Assembly: GCA_051362555.1 (NCBI GenBank) | Contig: CM120641.1 | Coordinates: forward strand, 38,942,401 to 39,006,400 | Direction: 5' to 3' | DNA length: 64,000 nucleotides | Source: Lingula anatina | Taxonomy: Eukaryota > Animalia > Brachiopoda | Shown: piece by piece, positions 1-14,355 of the stretch | Numbering within the stretch: position 1 is the first letter of the stretch | How the letters are laid out: the number at the start of each line of letters is the position of its first letter | Notes under the pieces: generated by a model | Told to the model about the DNA's origin: nothing | The model's input: only the letters and a program-made list of their open reading frames with translations | Databases searched by the model: none | Position numbers and translations under genes: made by a program

Positions 1-1533
1 TTTTCGCATATTTAAGTAATTTATCCTTAGTGTGACAGTACCTTGAAGAAAATAATACCATCTGAAATTAACTAACAAAAGTTTCATTTAAATTAATTTA
101 CTTATTGATTTGGGATTTAAGAAATCGAAACCATTTAAGTTTTAATAATATTTAAAAAAAACGCAACAAACTGGTATCAAAGAAACAATGATGAAACAAC
201 CCAGGACGTAGTTTATATGTATATTACTTAGATCCTCCAACTGGATCAAAGGCACACAACAATATAAATTTGCTGTTACTACAACTACGGGTTTCAGAAT
301 CACCAATCCTTAACAAAACGCTTACACCAAAAATGACGAAATCATCGCCATGAGGACGTTCTTTTTTGTGTGCTCTTCTTGCTTCTCAAATAACATTACG
401 CTGTTTTTTTTTAATCAATCAGAAAAACGTTGCACGACCCCCGCTATAAAGGGCATGACGAGAGCATAAACATGTAGGAGGAGACCGTGTAGAAGCTGAA
501 TCGGATGAAAGCATTCAAAAAATATTATCAGAGCAAGCAAATATAAATTTGTTTTATTACATACTGGAAGCAAAACAGGCATTGCTCATTACGAAGATGC
601 AATTTAAGCAGCGATGGGCAACAACTTATAACATGGAAAGAGTCTTTTTGACGTTGACAATCTACACTTTCTTTCACTTCACCTGGTTTTACTTCGAAAT
701 AAAAATCAAGAGAGAAAGTTATAATTAATAACTATCTACCAATTAATAATACGCCGCAAACACGACGCTTTAAAGCATCAGCCATATACGTGCGCAAATA
801 GAACATCCAATTTTTACTGCCGTATATTTCAATTCATTAATGAAATCGTCTTGATTGATTCATATTCAGCACTCCGTAAAATATTGGCTGTGTTGAGGCA
901 TTTTGATGGAACGCAAGTGGCAGCATTTTAAACGTATCACTGACTACTTTGATGTTTCATAGCTTTTTTTCCGCAGTATCCGTCACTTTGACCAGATGAA
1001 GTACCAAAGAACTTTATGATGTACAATGGCGGTTGAGTTTCTTCGCTGTCGTGATAAAGTAGTTCACGCAACGTTGCTCTAACGGTGATTCCGTCTTATA
1101 TTTCATAGGCACGTTTAATTAGTTTCCATAGACAGCAGACTCTCCCTGATATTCCATTGCCTCTTTCTGCGTAACCATTAACTTCAAAAGCTCAGGTGAC
1201 CTACCACTTACGCAACTGAGGAAGCGTTTTTTTTTTTACCATCTTCTTTTCGGTGTATTTTTTAAAAATTACCCCCGATAGATGGATATTAACGTCTTTC
1301 TATTAAGCACCGTCAAGATAAATTGCAAATGAAATGGAATATATCCAAAATGCTCCTATGCACATTTCAACTGCGACCGATAAAAGAAGAAATGGCAGTT
1401 TGAAGCTGAAATAGTGATTAAATCTTCAGACAGCGATAAAATCAAAGTTGAGTCAACTTGTAGGTAATATTTACAAGTCAAAAAAGGAAAAAAGAAACGC
1501 AAGTTTTGTTATGGGAAAAGAGCAGCATATTGC

Positions 1534-2150
1534 TCAGTAAAGGGATTGCCCTCTCCTGGCTGCAATACAGGCCAGTACCGTCCTCTCGTGGACTGTCCGA
1601 GACCTCCAATGCAGACCTGAGTCATCCTTCTCCATTCCTCCACCAGTGCAACTTTTTAGACTATGACGGTGGAAGGTTGTGGATGGCGGTTATGAAGGCG
1701 TCTGCCCAGTTCATCCCAGGTATGCTCAGTGGCAACATGCCTGGTCTAAAGAAGAGTCTGAAACTGCTCCTGCTGCATGTACGCCTGTGCTATCCTGGCA
1801 ATATGGGGACAAATGTTGTCCTGCAGGGGTGATGATGCATGAATGGCTCAACAGCTAGAGTTGGGACTACATCTCTGTCAAATTTCCACCAATCACCATG
1901 AGTTCTGTCTGAAAATTGCCACTTATGCCCCCCCCCCCCCAGAACCATAAAACTGCACCAATGGCGATGGCCAATAGCACGACCCCTGTCCAGATCAGAC
2001 AGCCATGGCATCATGTCAAGATGGAATTCAGTCTCATAAACTTGTTTTTCAGATTTCAGTGTCCAATAGCATTGATTGTGGACTTTTGCAGGACTTTTGT
2101 CACAATTTGTGTTCATATGTCTGGAGCCACTCAAGCGTATCAATACTCTA
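1534..2150 (-). mobile_element. Degenerate Tc1-family transposase remnant (DDE/C-terminal part)
   Basis: Minus-strand translation across frameshifts and stops gives SFMVLGG, GISGNFQTELMVIGGNL, QDNICPHIARIAQAYM, EHTWDELGRRL, ALVEEW and ACIAARRGQSLY*. These match Tc1 motifs (SVMVWG, QDNARPH, IEHxWDxLGRR, ACIAARGGHTRY). Right-hand (5') boundary approximate. Confidence 0.85.
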
Positions 2151-5100
2151 CTGCGGGATTGAGATGGTGTTCTGATACTGAGTACAATGACCAGACTAAC
2201 AGGGGTATTTTTGGCCTCTTTGAAGGACTGTGGTCAAAACAAAAACTTGCGTTTCTTTTCTTTTTCTTTTGGCTAGTCTGTAGGCCTTATCATTCTACGT
2301 ACGTAATATATTCACCAGCCGATCCTCCTTTCGTAGCGTGAATACGAGTACCTTGAAACAATGCAGCAGTCCAAAAGGATGGCCAAATATACATGTACTA
2401 GCAACTCTGTTAGATTTAGCTAATGTATACATTTGAATCTACATGTATATTATCTTTACGTGTTACAATACTGCAGTAAATGGAACTGATCTGTGACTTC
2501 ATACTTTTTTGATATCGTTACCGTGTATAAATATGTAAAATATATCAGTGGGGGAGTTCGTGTAATTCAAGATGGGTTTCACTTGAAGCTCCTTTTGATG
2601 ATTTTTATAGGATTTGATTTGTCAATAAAATTTGCGTTGATCTCTTTTTAGTTCACTACCTGCGACGATATGGCTCTTTTCTGGATAAGGTGAAATAGGT
2701 GTATCTAAATATCAATTATTGCAACCATAACGGTTTAAATGGAAAATATTTTTGTCGTATAATAAAACAAATGCAAATTACTTATCTTCGGCATTGGTCC
2801 AGGGAATTTGCTTATACTGAGATTCACTCTACCTCATGGGGAACATACATATTTTTGAAATAAATTCAATTCTTTGCGAAATATTGAAATAGAATAAAAA
2901 GGAATGGGCTGGTTACGCTGTGTAGGTTAACATCCAGTCGCATTTAACATATATAGTTTTCATCCATTTCTGGACTTACGCTTTAGTGTAACTGGCATAA
3001 TTATGTCTCCCTTTCGAAGACTCCACCGTTCTATCAGAATACAGGTAGAGCTATCCTCAATCTTGTAACAAAATGCTTCGGAAATGTTTGATCATGTTTG
3101 AAAAATGTTTGAAATGTTTGTCTCATGTCTTGGATAGAAAGAACCCATCCCACCCCCCACCCTTATTTCCCGTTTGTTCAAGCTCGGCTGTCTCCGAGAG
3201 GGGGACCCAACATCTTCAATTAGACTAAATGTAAGTACCGTATTAGATAAAAATTTATCTGTGTACAATAGGCTGATTGTACATCTGCACAGAAATGTTT
3301 CTTTGTTGTCAAAGAAGTAACAATCAAGACGAAGATCTATTCAGCAGCACTAACATTGCATGCGTGTTCCACTTTTCGTTTTATCGGTAGTCGTGAGCAT
3401 TTGTAACTTGATATCTGCAGAAATGACATTTGATAGCAGCACAACACAAATAGATCTTTTCAGTCATAAGATATAAAATAAGCAACGGCAGCAAAAGTCC
3501 AGATTCAAAATGGCCACCACATTGAATGGTTTGGGGGTGGTCGGTTCATGGCTTATTTAAAATCCCTCTCATCAAAATAACACGATCCAATGCTGGGCCT
3601 CTGGGGACATGTGTTTTGACAGCGCCCCTTACTAAAAACATTGAGATAGCTTCAGGATGCTTAGGTTTTCTGTTTAGAGGTGCTGCATGAGGGAACGAAC
3701 AGTATCACTGGACGCATCAGTCTGTGTGTAGTTTTTATACAGCTTTAATCTATCGTGTGATATTTTACTGTTGGGTTACTAACAGTATACGGCGTATTTT
3801 TGTGGCTAGTGTAATCTGTATAGATTTGACCGAGGATTTCCATCTGTACAGAAGATTTACTGCTTGGTTCGTGTGTGGACTGTTTGCGGTCATGTAACTG
3901 TTATGTATTTTTTATCACATCAAGATGATGCTTGTCTTCAGTATTTTTCCTAGAAGCTGCCAATTAGGACAAGAAACGTGAATCTAAAGAAGATATTTAC
4001 TTAAAATTCGTAATGGTGTAATCAAAAATATATGGGAGTCTATGTACACATATGGGTCATGATGTCATTATCATTTTCTTTGGTACAGTTTACGTTTTGA
4101 AGAAATTGCAATCTTCGGTCACAAACTAATGATTATATATATCTTAAAATCTTCAGAGCCTTATGTGTTTATCCATAATAAAACGGCAGATAAAATATGC
4201 CCCTTTCTGGCCGAAATTACTGCTTTAATTTAAAGATTATTTAAGTCCGGAACTGAATTTTAATATTTCAGTTTTGCGAGAAAAAAAAACATTTATTTAC
4301 CCTCAATTCCACATAGTTACATGTGCCCTTTATGCTGGTTTAACAGATAGTCTGGCGTGTGGGTCAAATAGTACCTAAACAGGGATACTCTAGCCATACA
4401 GTTCCAGAGATTTTATTAAATCGTCGACAAGCCATTTCGATAACAAAGTGATTTCGTTCAAAGCAAAGTTTGCTTGACCTTTCGAACTTTCTGTTTATTT
4501 GGCTCATTTAAGAGCAATTAAGTCAATGCAGATGGCAATTTGCGTATGCAAGATTCAGTATTAGTGAAATTTTCTAGGAAACACAATTTCCTATAGTATT
4601 CCATTATTGTCACAGCCCGTGTGTCTTTGCTTCTGCACTTTTATGATCCAAAGAACAGGGCAACAATTGCGTCAACGTGCCAACTCAGGTAAGTCCCCTT
4701 ACATAATTCATAGGAAAAACAACCGCTAGGGATGTTTGGCGACAGTATTCTATGAATTGTGTCACCATTTGACATTCTTTTTATCTGTGTGGTATAAAGA
4801 ATGTGGTACTCTCAATATAGTGTATAGATCCATGAAAAGCACGTATAAGGTGTACTGTTCTAAATCTCAACTTGTTGTCAGTATTCTTAGAATCGTGTCA
4901 CCGTTTCACTTTTCCTTATATCTGTGTGGTATAAAGAATGTAGTACTCCCAATATAGTGTTCTTCAGAGATCCATGAAAAGCACACACTGAGTAAATGCA
5001 TTTTTCAAAGATGAGTCCAAAATTTAGGTACATCGATGAAATGAATGTAATCCAAGGATCTTATGTTAGCGTTTTTATTGATGCCGTTCATAACGCCAAA

Positions 5101-6374
5101 CATATTCAAGTGCAAAGTTAGTCACGAAAAGCGAAAAATTATGGAATCCTATGCTTTATAGTTTTTTTATTATTTCTCTGACTACATCAAACAAATAACG
5201 ATGGACTGCAGGGACAAATGCTAGTATTGACCGGGGATAATTACTTTGTATACCCTCACCACAACAGCACGCCTCGTGTAGGTAACAAGGAGAGAATAAT
5301 GTCTTTTGCACTTTGAACAATAACGCAGTCATAATTAAATTTGTGAGAAATGTACATAAAGCACTTTTAAACAACTGGTATGAAGAAAACGGCCCGCACG
5401 CTAGCAAAAAGAAGACGGTGAAAATAATCATCGAGGTACAAAGAAACAGGTCTGAAGTACCACAATGCCTCATTGTGTAGTTAAATCATTTCTTCTTGAG
5501 TTCCAAACTATAACACAGATAATTAGAATGTAAGAAATGTACAATAAATAGTTATTTTGAGCAACTAGTACGAAGATAACGCCTTGCACGCAAACATGAG
5601 GAGACGTGTAAAAATAGTCCCCGAGTTACAGAGAAACGCGTCTGAAACATCCTTTTAAAAATAAGACTATCATATGATATTCTCTGTGTCAACAATGCAT
5701 CTGTATTTACTTCTGCACCTAAAGACAGAATAGAACAAAAATCAAATCGAGCTTAAACAAATGATTTAAGCTCTAATACATCTAGTACTGTAAGGAATGT
5801 TTGAAACTCTTTTTAAGTATCATCATAGGTAAATTTTACTCTTGCTGATATTACCAAATATGAAGATGTGTGGATAATGTACTCTTTAATAATGGTCACT
5901 TCAACGGTGAGCAATCGGCAGCTTTATAATCCAAATTTTACCAAGTTCTTTCCTTTCTTCGCCTGACATTCAGTAATGATTAGGATTTCTTTAATTTACT
6001 AATCATTTTAATCTATGGAAAGAGCCTTTAACAGATCCCATTCCTTTGAAAAGGAGCAAAGCCACGATTAGGCTTCCTTTCGATTCGTCCTTTTCGCATA
6101 GAGTGTTGGTGATCAAAGGTAGTTAAAAAGACAAGACTGGACGGAAAACGAGTTGTAGATAAAATAGGACTGTGGTATGCTGCGTGTATAATAGCCAACA
6201 TATACTGCTCAGAAGAAGCGGGGGGAAACCTTAGAAAAGCAGACATTAAAAGGAACGTTTACTGTTCAATAACTAAAAACGTAAATAGAATAATCGTCAA
6301 CCATCCCTTTATTGAATCGTGCAATGTGTTTGGACTTTTCTATCAATTATCATTGATGAGAATGAGAATAAAAA

Positions 6375-6720
6375 GGCAACTAGTCACCATTCTTGCAGTG
6401 CTCAGCGTCTGTGACGGGTTTCCAACGCCAAACAAGCAGTTGTGTGTCTTGCCAGTAAGACAGGTCGCACCGCCTGGAGTCTTGAACAGACGTACCCTCC
6501 CCTAACTCCTTCTGACAGTTTGGTCGTTATGGTAGTGCGAGTGGCCCTTCCGGGGTGTATTTGTAGATTTCTGGCACTGACAGTAAGGTTCTGTATGTCA
6601 GAAAAATAAAATGCAATGGTCCTGAACTGGGGATTAGACACAAGGTCTCACTGACCTGGGTATGTTGATTTACTCCTTGTTACCGTCAACCGCTGATTCA
6701 GCTAATGGATTACTGAAGGA
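6375..6720 (-). mobile_element. Degenerate Tc1-family transposase remnant (N-terminal HTH part)
   Basis: Minus-strand pieces PRSVRPCV*SPVQD (cf. PRSGRPRVTTPAQD), QTVRRS and PVLLARHTTACLALETRHRR*ALQEW (cf. PVLTxRHRxARLxWAxxHRRW), with stops and frameshifts. Confidence 0.65.
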
Positions 6721-7816
6721 CCTACATGTACATATAGTCTTCTGGCAGTGATACCAAAACCTGCATTTGATAATCTCACTTCCAGTGACGAACCATTGTG
6801 TTATGGCATTACTATATAATGTATCAGTCTAAGCTCTTACAGTGTGATTCTTACTCACATAGATGAATACAGGCATGCTATGTATTCGTCAAAACCTCAG
6901 CAGGGTGGCCAAATAATTTCACCTATTTTTATTTGTATTCCCCCCCCCCCTCCAAAAAAAAAAATTGTAATCATTGCTTCTAACGAACGCAAAATTTATG
7001 TTCATTGCAACATAGTTAAACCAGAAATGCCATTCATTACACAATGGTGACTTCGTCTTAGAATTGCCAAATTTTTGCATCTTAAATGGCGGTTGCTCCA
7101 TAACTTCTTTTTAAGTAGAATAATATCCTAATTGTACAGACAATTAACATATTTTACAAACCAAATGAGATTTACCCAGTTTCATAAGGTAACTGAAATT
7201 GGTATTTTTGTTCATTCTTTATGTTAGTGGTTATCAAATCACCTTCGGTGACAGGTTATAGATAATGCTACCTTAACTTGCAGAGCTCAATATCTACATG
7301 TATAACAACATCCCCTGACAAGAGCGACATAAAAGCCACAAAAAAGCCAGATAATTGATATTTGTATCTCTAATGGCAGAAGAAATTGGACTGACGACCA
7401 TATCGAAACTCCCGAAAGTCCTCGTATATTAACTATAGACTCTGTGCAATGCCTAGAAACTTAAAATAAAGATGTGACGTTCTTCTTAAATCTTATGGGA
7501 CCTCACAATGCAAATATCCATATATCATATACTTGTGATAAATTCATTTTCCCCGAAAATAAATCTGAGCCAGTGTTGGCGTGCTCTATCATCTCATCAC
7601 CTCTGCATTAGATTCGACGGATTGCCCACGCAAGTAATCGTCACAGCGACTAGTAAGTCAGGAGTCATTTTAATCGATCACAGCCGAGTAATATATGATC
7701 TTTTTGGAAAAAAAGTAACGTAAATACCACTAGATCACAGTTGAATGTAAGGGAATGGCGTGTGTTTGATTGATTCTAAACCTCTCTTGCTCTGTCACTT
7801 GAGATGTTAAACTGTC

Positions 7817-7930
7817 GACCAATCAGGAGGAGTGTCTTGGCGTTCCGAGAGACGCGGGGATCTATGATGACGCAGATTAGTTTGCAGCAAGACTCATAAA
7901 TACCGCTGCGCTCTTCACTGAAGACAATTG
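7817..7930 (+). promoter_or_regulatory. Putative core promoter of the GPCR gene
   Basis: GACCAATCAG (NF-Y CCAAT box, CCAAT at 7819), TGACGCA (CRE-like, 7868) and CATAAATA (TATA-like, 7895), in canonical order about 170-250 bp upstream of ATG 8069. A 4-codon uORF (MIPA*) lies at 7950-7964. Confidence 0.5.
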
Positions 7931-8068
7931 ACTAAAGCTGTCGACTGGAATGATTCCAGCTTAAATTTAACTTGTAGAGAAGTAGGTGATAAAAAAGCAT
8001 TGTGTTGACTTTGATAGTAACGTGCAATTAATAAATCCAATTTGGTTTTTATCTGAAAAATCAAAACC

Positions 8069-11000
8069 ATGGGATTGACTTATTTATTTGAGAATCTAAC
8101 GCAGCTAGATGCTGACACGCGGGTCCAGGGCGCTCCTATAGACATCACTCAGGTCAAAAATGGCCTAATGGGTGACTCACCTACCAATGTCACTTATTCG
8201 CCAGATCAATTATCAGGCGATGCGTACGATTACAGCATCTATTATTACTCTGGAGTAAAGAAGACGGTGCCGGTATGGGAAGTTACGGTGAAAATCATCG
8301 CATATCTCTGTATCATCATTTTGTCGTTAGTTGGGAACCTGCTTGTTATAGCAGTTGTCTTGAAGAACAGCCGCCTCCGAACTACGACAAACTACTACAT
8401 CGTCAACTTGGCAGTTTCCGACTTAATGGTAACTTCTACAAGCACGTGGGTCCATCTCGTGGAAAACTTGACAGAAGGATGGGTCCTTGGGGCGTTCTTT
8501 TGCAAGTTTAATACATTTGCCATAGGTAAGTCACACAAAGATACAACATGCTTGAAAAAATATAATTAATCATTGTACAGAGGGCAATTTTTATACAATA
8601 ATTACATGAGGTTGTATATCAGCTTACGATATAAGAATAATATTATGTTCTCTAATTTTCAAGTATAATAAACTTTTGAAGGTAAGCTTTACGAAAAATT
8701 GAAAAAATCACTTACTGGCATATACACACCTTTTCTTTATTATGAAGTTCTGAATTCCACTAAGGTTCAAACTCTCCCCTCTGCATTGTAACCACTCGTA
8801 AGAAATAACACCCTTTTAATTTCTCTATGAAGAAAAGGACAGTAAAACTAGAATACCATATGCATAACATTTTATATCCAAAATGTTACTCCTCGTGTCA
8901 ATGCTTTGTAAAACATGTACATGTTCGCTTTGTTTTTTGTTAACATTTATCGTTGTCTCTACACACTGGACAATAGAAGTGTCACTCCTACTGAACCAAT
9001 ACTTTGGGGGAGATAAATGACTGTGGAATGATATGCTCCTGGTATCATTTTATTAACATCAAATTTCACAAAAGAAACGGTTCTGACTGAACAATTCAAC
9101 TGTCTCGATATTCTGACATTGCTTATATTCAGCCTCTTCAGGTTAATAACTTTGATTACTCTGATTCAGGGGGTGACACTTCTATTGTCCAGAATGTGTA
9201 TTTTGGACATTCAATATTGATACATGTATTATCATCACCATCACTATAAATGTGCCATCCACAGAGTCCACTTTTACCACTTATTATGAACCACAATGAC
9301 GTATATTCCTCATCGGTTACATTTCTATTAGCGGAAAATAATATTATATAAACTTTGCATATCATGTATTTGGAGAAAATAGCAAAAGTAATGATTTATA
9401 CTCACAGAAAGGCAATTATTCTGCCTTTGGGATAATTGTTTCATATGTGAGTGTAATACTTGTACCCATCAACCTTAGAAATGTTCGTGCTCAAAGATGT
9501 GTGATGCTTTTGAAAAGTATCGCGTAAATTATTAACGTGTCCTCATACGAGCTATCACAAACTTTGTACAGAATGAGTTTCTGTTATATGTGTAACTCTT
9601 AAAGTGAACAAGGTTGCAATTTAGAAATAAAATACACCACTCTGCTCTTGCTGTCATGTTGTTATTTTAAAGGGTGATTTAAAAACGTCACATTTTACCA
9701 GGAATCTAATTGACGTGTCATACTGTGTCGTCAATATGTGACAATGTCAATAACTTTGGGCGGTTACAAGAAGAGCAACAATATCTCTGCCAGCATACAG
9801 GATTCTCAGTGACAACGGCGTTTAAAGCTTAATGAAAATGCTTACTTGTGTTCGTGACTAAAGACAGCAAGAAAGCTCAGGTTGTTCATGTATCTGCGTC
9901 ATGCCACCAGCATCGGCTTGTATTTAGCGAACAATGGTCACGACCGCTCCCCTGTTTTCAGGTAGAAATGTGAACCACAACTAGAAGATGATTTCAGGTT
10001 TTTTCCACCTCGCCTGAACACATGTTCGTACACGTTTATGTCCGGTTTACACTGGATGCAAACATTCCGCGACCAGTCACTAGTCGGTAGATTTTGGTTA
10101 TTTGGTAATTGCAAACTAAACTATGTTTACCAGACTTCAGAACGGTTGAAGAACGATTAATTGCAATAACCTCGCTATTATTTGTCACAGGAAATCGTTT
10201 GATAGATGCTGCATTTCTTTAATAAATAATGCCTTTTCATATTCTAGACTCGTATATGATACACGATGTAACGGAACGTTTTTCTTAATACAACACTTGT
10301 TTAATGAGGCCAAATAGACAAATATGGTTTTTGAAGATACGGGGAAAGATGTTTCTCAAAATCTTTCTCTGTCGTGTATTTCTTTATGTTTGGGCACTGA
10401 CACTGGCTAAGAAAATGCCATTAAAGTTTCACGATTTTTGATTTATTATTCCACCTCTAAATGTTTCCCGATATTCATGTACCAACAAAACAGTTGTCAA
10501 TTGGAAGAGGCAGAATTTTTTTTGTCCTTATCAGTACAGCGCACATATTTTGCATTCTGCATATTTACGGCCCTAACAAGAAAAAAACCTAATATGGTAT
10601 GACAGACAATTCCTTTTAGACGAGGCAATAAACTTTCTTAAAAATTAATTACAGGGGACTTAAGTATCATTACCCATACCCATGGGGCCTACACCGACAG
10701 GGTTTAAGTCTATCATGAAGCAATTAATCTAATCCAGGTTAAGGAGCGTTACATTAAGTTTACGCATAAAACGATATCATGACCCACAGAAATGTGAATC
10801 GCATTACGTGTATTACGCTTGGTGTTTTTTTTCAGGAAGCCGTTCATAGGCGGTCCTAATATACAGAATTAATAACCTCTCTGAATGGCTTCAGCATGCA
10901 GTTCCATTGGTTATGAGGCCAGCACCCTCAGACCGGGACTCTATAAGCTTTTTGATGGAATGTGTTAATTTACATAGACAAAGACAGAAACGCCACTAAG

Positions 11001-11745
11001 AGAACGCCCCAATGATTACAATCTACACTGCTAGCGTAGCATTATTTTGTCCGAATCAGATACTATACGGCCTAGATAAAGCTTAGTTTGAAAGAGAACT
11101 AAGGGTTAGTGTAAATACTACATTTCATTAACCTTTAACAATGTAAATTTGAATTTAACGTGGATATATTCGAATCAATGTTACAGTTATTGGAATTGAT
11201 TTAATTACAGAGTAGAAAACACAACCATTGCCTTACCTGCAATTTTCTCCCGAAACGAGTTTTAGAGCATCGTAATATATATTGCAAATGACCCAGACAG
11301 TCACCCGCCAATGGAACAGATTGTCTGGAATAATTTGGAGCTTGGCGCGTCAAGGCTGTTTACTTTCATAGTAAACTTATTCCTTAATTCACATCCTGGA
11401 TTCACCACTACACGACAACTATGACAAATGATATTGCACATTTATATTCATACTTGTATCCTCAACGACCCAGTACTATAAAAAACAAAGAATATTATTT
11501 GCTGGATGAAAAAATGGTGAATGAAAAAAATGTGCGTGGATATGTAAAAGTTAATTATGTTAAAGTGATTAGAAAAGGCATACTATTTCAGGTCCGCTTA
11601 ATTGCTGCGTTTCATACAGTTCTCTCCTAATTCAGTAGATTGGTAATGGCGCATTGAAGGCGTTTATGTTTCCGTACATACGTTAGTATGTCTTTAAAAG
11701 ACGTTACATACCGAGAGTTGGACACAACTTGGGAACATTTGCTTC

Positions 11746-11780
<35 letters not shown>

Positions 11781-14308
11781 CAGGTTTGAATACTGTTCAT
11801 AATTCCTTTCTAGACATTTCTTTGACTCTATGTATCGACCGTCGTAGCAACATTTGTCACATGAATACTGAGTACCAGCTGTTTTCATTCCCCATTGCCA
11901 GTGAACGTAAGACCTGCACCTCTGTAATGACTCCGTAGGGTAACTGACTAATGAACCGTTGGGGATTTCTAATTTCAGAAGGTTCTCAGAGTTACAGAGA
12001 CGTTGACATGAGATACAATGTGCTGTGCTAGGACCAATTGGGTTTTTATGCTGAGATAAGATTCGGTAATGCTCAACGCGTGTTTTAAAATGCACGCATG
12101 CTCACTCCCTTTTTACTGGCAGGTACAAGTTTAGTCGTTAAAGGCACTGGTGAAATTCGACCTATTAATCTGCATACAAACACACTGGGGCACATCCGTT
12201 GTTCAATAAATGTCTAATCACTCTATTTTCTATTTGGTAATTAAATCGGCACTCTGAAATGACCTTTTGGTTTCGTTTCCGACAAAATTCAGTTGTCAGT
12301 TTTTCTATTATGCCACAAGATTTTGCCGGGTGATTTTGCGTGGTGAAAAGTCGTTTTTGCTGTGCATGCACCAGTACCTAACCCGGAGACTACCGTTGTG
12401 CATCTGCATGTCTATCGGCTAATGGACTATCACACACCTTTTGAAAAAAAAACAAAAACAAAAAAAAAAAAAAAAAAAACGAAGTCATTTGAAATGCACA
12501 TGATCAGTAAGCAGATATAGCTACTCCTCCAGATAATCGTTTCTGTCATCAGATCTTTTAGTTTGGATCATTACCTTAAGTTATCCCTCGATAAACTTAA
12601 TTGTGAATCATTGCGATTCACCGATTCTCTTAAGAAACCATTCGTTGTCATTTAGCCGTTGTTATCAATTTGCTGAGACCTGGGAGGGCAGTAGAAATGT
12701 CACAACTGACAGGACACCCTTCTGATATACTGATTAATGCACACAACTATGACGAACCGAATGTGACAGGCCAAAGTATGGAGAAAGTTGCCGGTAATCA
12801 GTCACTCAACACAAAAGAAAAAAATTAAAAAGTCCGAACAGTCTACATAATTTGACGCCCGTTGTCTTTTAGCTTATCTATTCCAACCTTCAAAACGTCA
12901 ATATAAGCTAAAATTCCTTTAACTCAAAAGAATAAAAACGTATGTTTTGTCCAGGAGCAGTTTCATAGAAAAGGGACAACATTTACATTGGTACATGTAA
13001 CATGTGCTCGAACCGGTGCAGCGGAGATTAGGGCGGTATTGTAATTTTTCATTATGTACATGTAGGTGTTGTCCAAAGTCATCCTTTCCCCAATTAGCTA
13101 GGTGTCCAGAATCCTCATTTGACCACCTCAGTTCACATCGAGATCTAAGGCTGAAATGGAATGGTTTTCGGAAGTTGTCAATAAATCAAACGATTTTTGA
13201 ATCTCTTAGTACCCGCTGGGCGTATGTTCTGGTTATCAATACGGTCTGAGAGATTTAAAGGAGAGCCTTAATCTCTTTGATCTTATGTTGTTTCGTTTAC
13301 AGCAATCCTTCTAAGCATTATTCTTGGAATTTACAAATACCAACCTAATGAAACGAAGTCGAGCCTGATTTGATGTCATTAACGGCTTTAAATCTTGATT
13401 TCTGTTTATGTCCACTTTATTATGTCCACTTTATTTTACTTATGCACCTGTCCTCGTATCCTCGGCGCAAATGAATTTTTATTTTCATGGTAATTGCGAC
13501 AAGGCGGCATTTCTAACCTGCGGCTCGGTCATATACTGCATGCATAATACAGGAAGAGCGATAACTTTGAAGTTTGTCATCAGAATCGCATTGTACCTGT
13601 GGAAATTGTGCCCGTTTAAGAGATCGGAAAAAATAGAAAATGTTCACTTATGACCTTGGTTAATATTGAAACTTCTATCGAGAGAGGAAATGAGGGGATC
13701 TGGTGTTGGCTCGGACGGATGTCGAACGAGTTGTGAGCACATGCCTTACCTGTTCTTGGCGATTGAATTTCAGTTCTGGTGTTTTAAGTACAACAAAAGT
13801 GGAAAAATCGGCGCAGTTTTTGTCGCAAATAAGCATAATACGTGATTCTAAGCCATACGCTTCACTGTTCCCGTGTTGCCATGCGTCACAAGAGGAAATA
13901 AAAGTTCAAAATAAACTGAGTGTTATCGATATGAACGGCAAACAATTTGCCAGCCAGTCTGATCCTCAGTGTTTCCACATTCGCGGTCAGCAGTAATGAT
14001 CATAAGGATAAGATTGAATTGTTTTCTGTTTTATTTTCATTTTGCAGACTCATTACATCTCGCTGACTGAGTGTTGACAGGATGTGGATTGACTTGTTTG
14101 GAAACATGCAGGAGCAACCAAATTGCCTTGATAAATGTATTTGTCGGCATAATAGAAATACCATTAATGCGATGTTTTTTTCTCATGTGTTGGCAGAAAT
14201 ATGGTTTACTTATCATTGTTATTGAAGGTTATGTGTCCTTTTATGTAATGTAAATTTTGTCTTTTTATGTCTTCATTATGACATTTCTCTATCTTTATCT
14301 CTTTCTCT

Positions 14309-14355
<47 letters not shown>

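Noticed and set aside
1506-2341. Plus-strand ORFs of 108 and 141 aa
   Set aside because: They are antisense shadows of the decayed minus-strand Tc1 transposase.
4686-4694. Perfect donor CAG|GTAAGT that could end an upstream non-coding GPCR exon
   Set aside because: A single motif with no other support; a plausible proximal promoter already exists at about 7820-7930.
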